32,000 bases of DNA from Halomicronema hongdechloris C2206 (GTDB lineage: Bacteria > Cyanobacteriota > Cyanobacteriia > Phormidesmidales > Phormidesmidaceae). The stretch spans positions 3,780,001-3,812,000 of the forward strand of contig NZ_CP021983.2 of the NCBI RefSeq assembly GCF_002075285.3, in the 5' to 3' direction. Below, in pieces: positions 27,571-32,000 of the stretch. The notes below the pieces were generated by a model that searched no databases, was not told the origin of the DNA, and saw only the letters and a list, made by a program, of their open reading frames with translations. Positions within the stretch are counted from its first letter, which is position 1. Each line of letters opens with the position of its first letter. The position numbers were made by a program, and so were the translations under genes.

Positions 27571-28194
27571 ATGCCAATGGCCAAAGCAGACACCGACGTG
27601 TTTGACGACATCAATTTTGAACAATCACCAGCAGCACGCTCAGCCCCTAGCAGACCTGACTCAGGTAACACTGCCGAGGCTACTGCCTCAAAACCAGCTG
27701 ACACCTCACTGCCAGGTCCTCCGGTTCTAGCTCAGTCAACTTTGGAGCTAGCTGCCCATGATGTCCGGCAAGTGTTGCAGGAACAAAGTCACCAGGGCCA
27801 TATCCTCACCACGAAGTTAAACATCTTGTTCGTGACCAATGGCGCTTTGTTGACCAGCCTTAGCATTTCACGGCTGATCATCAGTGGTAGTTTCTTTAGC
27901 GTTGCTGAGGCGATGGGGTTCTTGGCGGGGTTTTCCCTGTTGATGAGAGCCTTTCTGCCGCGTCAGGTGGCGATTACCCCTAATCTGGAGGAGCGAAAAT
28001 TTCTGGAAACCTATTTGGCCTTATCTTACGAAGAATATCAGCTACAGATGATGGTCAATTTGGCAGAAACCTATCGAGCCAACAAGCAACGCCTTGATGA
28101 CGTTTCCCAGACCCTCAGATATGCTGCTTACGCTACTTGGAGCACGGCTGTTATCATGCTGGTACATATCGTTGCAGTTTACCTGGGAATCTAG
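27571..28194 (+). CDS. Hypothetical membrane protein (disordered N-terminus, TM hairpin, helical segment, C-terminal TM)
   Basis: 207-aa ORF. TM1 LNILFVTNGALLTSLSISRLII, TM2 FFSVAEAMGFLAGFSLLMRAFL, amphipathic EERKFLETYLALSYEEYQLQMMVNLAETYRANKQRLDD, TM3 STAVIMLVHIVAVYLGI. The topology is reminiscent of SLATT/DUF5706 (Pycsar-effector-like) modules. That is only a weak resemblance. Confidence 0.5.
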   Translation: MPMAKADTDVFDDINFEQSPAARSAPSRPDSGNTAEATASKPADTSLPGPPVLAQSTLELAAHDVRQVLQEQSHQGHILTTKLNILFVTNGALLTSLSISRLIISGSFFSVAEAMGFLAGFSLLMRAFLPRQVAITPNLEERKFLETYLALSYEEYQLQMMVNLAETYRANKQRLDDVSQTLRYAAYATWSTAVIMLVHIVAVYLGI

Positions 28195-28258
28195 GCTGTT
28201 GCTAGAGGGTCATCCCCCCTCGGTTAAGAGTCATGGGGCTAAGGTAACAGGTTGAGCT

Positions 28259-28810
28259 ATGGCTGACGAGTCTGACAATGCAAGGATGGCCGGCAAGCGT
28301 GTCTGTTTGCCAGACCCAGATAAGGACAACATTACGGTGCTAACGAGTAAGTTGCCCAATGCGCCGATTTTGCCCTGGCACCGCTATGATTCTCCCTGGT
28401 TGGAGCAAGCAGCGGCAGCAGTAGACCGGTTGCTAGAGGCTACAGAGGACCTCAGTGATGAGATGGCTACTGTGGCTCCGGACGTAGACGCCGACCCTAT
28501 GGCCCTGAGGGTGTTGAGGGCAAAGCTGCAGAGCGAGTTACGTTCTCGGGCCGATGACCCTTCCCAGCTTGAAGCGATTGATGAGCCCGATACCGACATT
28601 AGCGATGAAACGATTGCCCAGGTGCTGAAACAGGTAGCCGCTAGACTAGAAAAGCGCCAAACGAAGGAGGTTGAGAAGGAGACTGAGGCAGATCCTCAGC
28701 CTGAGGATCAGTCTCTAGAAACTCAGGATGTATCCACGGATCAGGTGACTTCTGGGGCAAGCGATGAGTCTGAGATTGATTTGGCGGATGACCGCGACGA
28801 GGTGGATTGA
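28259..28810 (+). CDS. Hypothetical highly acidic protein
   Basis: 183-aa ORF, 64 nt downstream of the previous gene on the same strand. It is rich in D/E (…DESEIDLADDRDEVD). I do not recognise the family. Confidence 0.45.
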   Translation: MADESDNARMAGKRVCLPDPDKDNITVLTSKLPNAPILPWHRYDSPWLEQAAAAVDRLLEATEDLSDEMATVAPDVDADPMALRVLRAKLQSELRSRADDPSQLEAIDEPDTDISDETIAQVLKQVAARLEKRQTKEVEKETEADPQPEDQSLETQDVSTDQVTSGASDESEIDLADDRDEVD

Positions 28811-28892
28811 TTAGCAAAGGGATTAGCAAAGGGATTAGCAAAGGGATTAGCAAAGGGATTAGCAAAGGGATTAGCAAAGGGATTAGCAAAGG
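28809..28892. repeat. Perfect 12-bp tandem repeat GATTAGCAAAGG x7
   Basis: Seven identical units begin inside the stop codon of the acidic-protein gene and end 58 nt before the GTG start of the solute-binding protein gene. Confidence 0.95.
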
Positions 28893-28950
28893 ATAGAGAT
28901 ACCAGAGGGGCGCGGCTGCATTAGGATGGCTACAGGATAAGGCCATACTG

Positions 28951-30315
28951 GTGACTCTTCGATTTGGGAAGGCATTTTCGAAATTCGCTTGGCAGCTCTA
29001 CTTTCTGATCGGGCTGCTGATTGTTCAAGTGGTTGCTTTACTGATGTGGGGGTTGGCCTGGATGTCAGCAACGACGCCCACTACGTTATCGTTTGTAGTT
29101 CCTCTAGACGAGGCAGAGTATTGGCAGCCGTTAGTCGATGATTTTGAGGCGGATAATCCGGATATTGAGCTGGAGTTGGTGCAGGGGGAATATACCACTG
29201 ACCAGGTGAAGGCCATTTACACCTCTGATTTGAGTACCGGGCAACCCCAGTATGACCTGATCTACATGGATATTATTTGGGTGCCCTGGTTTGCTAGCGA
29301 GGGATGGCTGGCAGATCTTTCGGGTTATCTCTCTTCCGATGAATTAGCCCAATTTATCCCGAGCGAGGTGGCAGCTGGTCGTTATCAGGGGCGCCTCTAT
29401 CGAATTCCGTTCCGTCCTGATGTTGGTGTGCTGCTCTATAACCAGGCTGTCTTGGAGCAAGGACAGGTGTCTCCCCCGACCACCTGGCGTCACTTGATGG
29501 ATAGGTCCCAAACCTTGCAGGCGCAAACTAGGGTGCCCTGGGGCTATCTCTGGCAAGGGCGAGCCTATGAGGGATTGGTCGTTAACTTCGTCGAGGTATT
29601 AGCAGGGATGGGAGGGACCTGGATCGATGCTGATACAGGGGAGGTGGGTTTGGATCAACCCGTTGCGATCGCAGCCGCCCAATTTCTGCATCAGACGATC
29701 CAACAGGGTGTCTCTCCCGAGACGATTACCAGCTATGGTGAGACCGAATCCTTTCAGCAGTTTCAGGCTGGGGAGAGCGCCTTCTTGAGGAGTTGGCCCT
29801 ATTTCTGGCGACTGGTCCAGGCCGATGCTGCCTCGGCGGACTCCGTTGGCTTGGCGGCCTTACCCAAAGCTCCTGGGAAATCTGGAAGTGCTTGCCGGGG
29901 CGGCTGGGGCTTTGCCATTCCCCAAGCTACTGAGCATCTAGAGCAAGCCTGGCGAGCCGTCGAATACCTGACCAGTACCGCGGTGCAACGGCAATTTGTG
30001 CTCTCTTCTGGCCATCTACCCAGTCGTTTGGACTTGTTTGAAGCCCCTGACATCCTGGAGCGATATCCTCACTTTCCCGAGCTATTGACACGGCTGACTG
30101 ACCATTCCATCTTCCGACCCCAGATTCCCCAGTATGACCGAGCCTCCCAGATTCTACAAACCCATCTCTGGCGCCTGTTGATCGGCGAGCAGTCGGCAGA
30201 GCAGGCCATGGCACGAGCGGCTCAAGAGACCCGAGCGCTTCTGGGGGGTGTCCTCGACTCGGGGAGAACTGACTCGGTCAGGAATCAGACTTCAGCAACC
30301 CGCTTGCCCCTCTAG
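28951..30315 (+). CDS. ABC transporter extracellular solute-binding protein, family 1 (sugar type), membrane-anchored
   Basis: 454-aa ORF with a GTG start. N-terminal hydrophobic anchor (LYFLIGLLIVQVVALLMWGLAW). The body has a carbohydrate SBP-like pattern (YDLIYMDIIWVPWFASEGWLADL..., RIPFRPDVGVLLYN, GYLWQGRAYEGLVVNFVE, SWPYFW). No cognate permease or ATPase is in the window. Confidence 0.65.
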   Translation: MTLRFGKAFSKFAWQLYFLIGLLIVQVVALLMWGLAWMSATTPTTLSFVVPLDEAEYWQPLVDDFEADNPDIELELVQGEYTTDQVKAIYTSDLSTGQPQYDLIYMDIIWVPWFASEGWLADLSGYLSSDELAQFIPSEVAAGRYQGRLYRIPFRPDVGVLLYNQAVLEQGQVSPPTTWRHLMDRSQTLQAQTRVPWGYLWQGRAYEGLVVNFVEVLAGMGGTWIDADTGEVGLDQPVAIAAAQFLHQTIQQGVSPETITSYGETESFQQFQAGESAFLRSWPYFWRLVQADAASADSVGLAALPKAPGKSGSACRGGWGFAIPQATEHLEQAWRAVEYLTSTAVQRQFVLSSGHLPSRLDLFEAPDILERYPHFPELLTRLTDHSIFRPQIPQYDRASQILQTHLWRLLIGEQSAEQAMARAAQETRALLGGVLDSGRTDSVRNQTSATRLPL

Positions 30316-30357
30316 CACCCCTAGGTGGCTTCACCGGTGAGACCTGGCATTAGAGTT

Positions 30358-31593
30358 CTAGAGTTCAATGCGGTCCTCGGAACCGTACATGAGGGCCACC
30401 ATCAGGGTGAGATATTCTCGCAACTGTCGGGTCAGCAAGAAATTTTCCCGGACAAATTCCTTGGCTTTTTGGCCCATTTCAATGAGTTTGGCCGGTTGAC
30501 TGAGCAAATAGCGGACCCGCAGGGCAGCGCCCTCAGGGGTATTGACCAGGAAGCCAGTATGGTGATTGATTACCTGCAGACGAATTCCCCCGGTGTTGCC
30601 CCCAATCACCGGCTTACCCTTCCACATCCCCTCGGTGACGGTGAGGCCAAAGCCTTCCCGGGTCGATTTTTGCATGACGATGTCGGCCCCCCGTTGCAGG
30701 GCATTGATGGTGCGGTTGGCATCGGGAGGTAAGGCCAGGATATGAATGTCGGGATCATCGGCGGCGGCTTCCTTGACCTCGGCCAGTACAATCGCCCCCT
30801 CAGGATCGTCGTCGGCAGTGCCCCCCGCTAAGACCAACTGCAGGCTGGGCAGAAATTTAGTGGCGAGTTTGTAGGCGCGAATGACACCGACCGGGTCTTT
30901 GAAGCGATCGAAGCGGGAGACCTGAATGAACCAAGGGCGAGTGGTGTCGATGCCGTAGCGATCGCACATCTGCTGGATCTCCTGGGCCTGCAGGTCCAGA
31001 TTCTTCTCGCTGAGGGGATCGATGCTGGGAGGAATAATATATTCCGGGTGGGGCAAGGCTTGGGCAAAGGCAGCCAGGGAGAAGATGCTGGCATCATAGG
31101 GAGCGATGTGGTGTCGCAGGAATTTCCACACCGGCCGATAGGGATGGCTGACATCGATATGGCAGCGCCAGATCCATTTGCCCTGGCGATGGGGCATATG
31201 GGATAGCAGCGCTGCAGGTTGGGGATCGTGGATGAACACATAGTCTGCGGTCTGCAGGGAGTCCCGCAGTTGATCGGCATTGTCGGCGTTTACGTCTCCA
31301 TAGTGATGCAGATGCTGGTCGCTGATCGGCACCGGATTGCCCTGCAGGGCATTGTGCATAGACTTGGTGCACTGGAAAAAGTCTTCATCCCCTTTGATGA
31401 CCTCCCAGGTAACCTCTAGGTCCAGTTCCCGCATCAGAGGCACCAGTTTACTCAAGATTTCGGCCACCCCACCCCCCACCGCCGTGGAGTTGACATGGAT
31501 AATGCGCTTACCCTTGAGGGGAGCTGCTAGTTGCCGCAGTTGAGTGACGACTTCTTCTCCGGCAACCTGGGCATAGGTGTCGAGTATGGTCAT
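30358..31593 (-). CDS. GT4-family glycosyltransferase, trehalose synthase (TreT)-like
   Basis: ATG start. N-terminal RIIHVNSTAVGGGVAEIL motif and C-terminal REGFGLTVTEGMWKGKPVIGGNTGGI (GT-B E-x7-E region). At about 410 aa it is typical of TreT-type enzymes. Confidence 0.65.
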   Translation of the reverse strand: MTILDTYAQVAGEEVVTQLRQLAAPLKGKRIIHVNSTAVGGGVAEILSKLVPLMRELDLEVTWEVIKGDEDFFQCTKSMHNALQGNPVPISDQHLHHYGDVNADNADQLRDSLQTADYVFIHDPQPAALLSHMPHRQGKWIWRCHIDVSHPYRPVWKFLRHHIAPYDASIFSLAAFAQALPHPEYIIPPSIDPLSEKNLDLQAQEIQQMCDRYGIDTTRPWFIQVSRFDRFKDPVGVIRAYKLATKFLPSLQLVLAGGTADDDPEGAIVLAEVKEAAADDPDIHILALPPDANRTINALQRGADIVMQKSTREGFGLTVTEGMWKGKPVIGGNTGGIRLQVINHHTGFLVNTPEGAALRVRYLLSQPAKLIEMGQKAKEFVRENFLLTRQLREYLTLMVALMYGSEDRIEL

Positions 31594-32000
31594 GGGGTGT
31601 TCCCTGGGCAGCAGGTTTCGAAAATCGTGGTGACTTGCTGGCGCAGGGCCGTCAGGCTTTCGAAGTAGGGATCGACGCCAGCGAGTTCATCGGCGAGGGG
31701 CTGGTATTGACCGTCGAACCCGGCCAGCCAGTAGCGAAAATCATCAATACCTTCTGGTAGGCGGCGACGGGCATCGATGAAGTGATAAAACAAGCTGCTG
31801 GTGGAGAGGTGGGGCAGCAGGGTGGTCAGTTCTTCCGGGCGTTGAATCCGCTGGTAGGTGTCGAAAACGACGATTTGCGATCGCAAAAATTCGAAGGGGT
31901 CGCTGGCCAATACCCAGTGCAGGTACTCACTCTCATCGAGCCGCTCTTCGACGATACTTAGCATTTCCTGCCGTAGGGCCTCTAGATCGCCGTAGTCCTG
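31590..32000 (-). CDS. Small conserved protein translationally coupled to the TreT-like gene (DUF5752-like by recollection); possibly 5'-partial
   Basis: Its stop overlaps the GT start in ATGA (31590-31593). The first Met is at 31964, but the frame stays open to the window edge (QDYGDLEALRQE upstream). The pattern SSLFYHFIDARRR...FRYWL resembles a family I remember as co-occurring with such glycosyltransferases. Confidence 0.5.
   Translation of the reverse strand, partial: QDYGDLEALRQEMLSIVEERLDESEYLHWVLASDPFEFLRSQIVVFDTYQRIQRPEELTTLLPHLSTSSLFYHFIDARRRLPEGIDDFRYWLAGFDGQYQPLADELAGVDPYFESLTALRQQVTTIFETCCPGNTP

Noticed and set aside
28809-28892. Possible CRISPR array
   Set aside because: The units are contiguous 12-mers with no spacers, far too short for CRISPR repeats, and no cas genes are nearby.
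28641-28946. 101-aa minus-strand ORF with a PLLIPLLIPLLI... repeat
   Set aside because: It is a direct translation artefact of the 12-bp tandem repeat and overlaps the end of the acidic-protein gene.
30325-31543. ORFs 30325-30732(+), 30606-30791(-), 30828-31280(-), 31094-31372(-), 31219-31419(+), 31337-31543(+)
   Set aside because: All overlap the strongly supported TreT-like glycosyltransferase frame, either in other frames or antisense.
1-32000. tRNA, rRNA, riboswitch or known sRNA genes
   Set aside because: I found no T-loop/acceptor-like patterns, no rRNA-like conserved stretches and no recognisable riboswitch cores in the intergenic regions. Covariance-model scanning would be needed to rule out small RNAs.

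Overview
Cyanobacterial chromosomal segment. I count 30 exact copies of the HIP1 octamer GCGATCGC, and the coding DNA is GC-rich. Most of the window is an iron/siderophore-uptake neighbourhood with no siderophore biosynthesis genes. On the minus strand there are two paralogous modules, each an AraC (PchR-like) regulator plus a TonB-dependent receptor. In module 1 (2078-7764) the receptor has decayed to a multi-frameshift pseudogene next to an intact AmpG/RhtX/FptX-like MFS permease. In module 2 (8733-14934) the receptor ORF is open, though its barrel looks short, and it is followed by a FecB/FhuD-type binding lipoprotein and an EntS/MFS_3-type transporter. A third block (20137-24968) is an exbB-exbD-permease-permease operon divergent from tonB, with no ABC ATPase. 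Other content: a transposase-like gene at the left edge; four Uma2 (DUF820) endonuclease paralogs; a sucrase/ferredoxin-like gene; a low-GC, HIP1-free islet (about 25.4-28.9 kb) holding a PglK/MsbA-like ABC exporter and two uncharacterised genes; a perfect 12-bp x7 tandem repeat; a sugar-type solute-binding protein; and a TreT-like GT4 glycosyltransferase translationally coupled to a small conserved gene. I recognised no rRNA, tRNA or CRISPR. I do not see a well-supported new multi-gene system. The most unusual observations are: (i) a diverged direct repeat that duplicates a promoter plus 13 codons and brackets a 3.9-kb Uma2-rich block; (ii) the low-GC islet with a three-TM protein and an acidic partner; (iii) a GTTTTGA heptamer repeat family in three intergenic spacers of the iron operons; (iv) a shared palindromic operator overlapping the -10 box of both AraC genes; (v) a TonB with a roughly 110-aa Thr-Pro-rich tail after its C-terminal domain. 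All family assignments come from reading motifs by eye, not from database searches.
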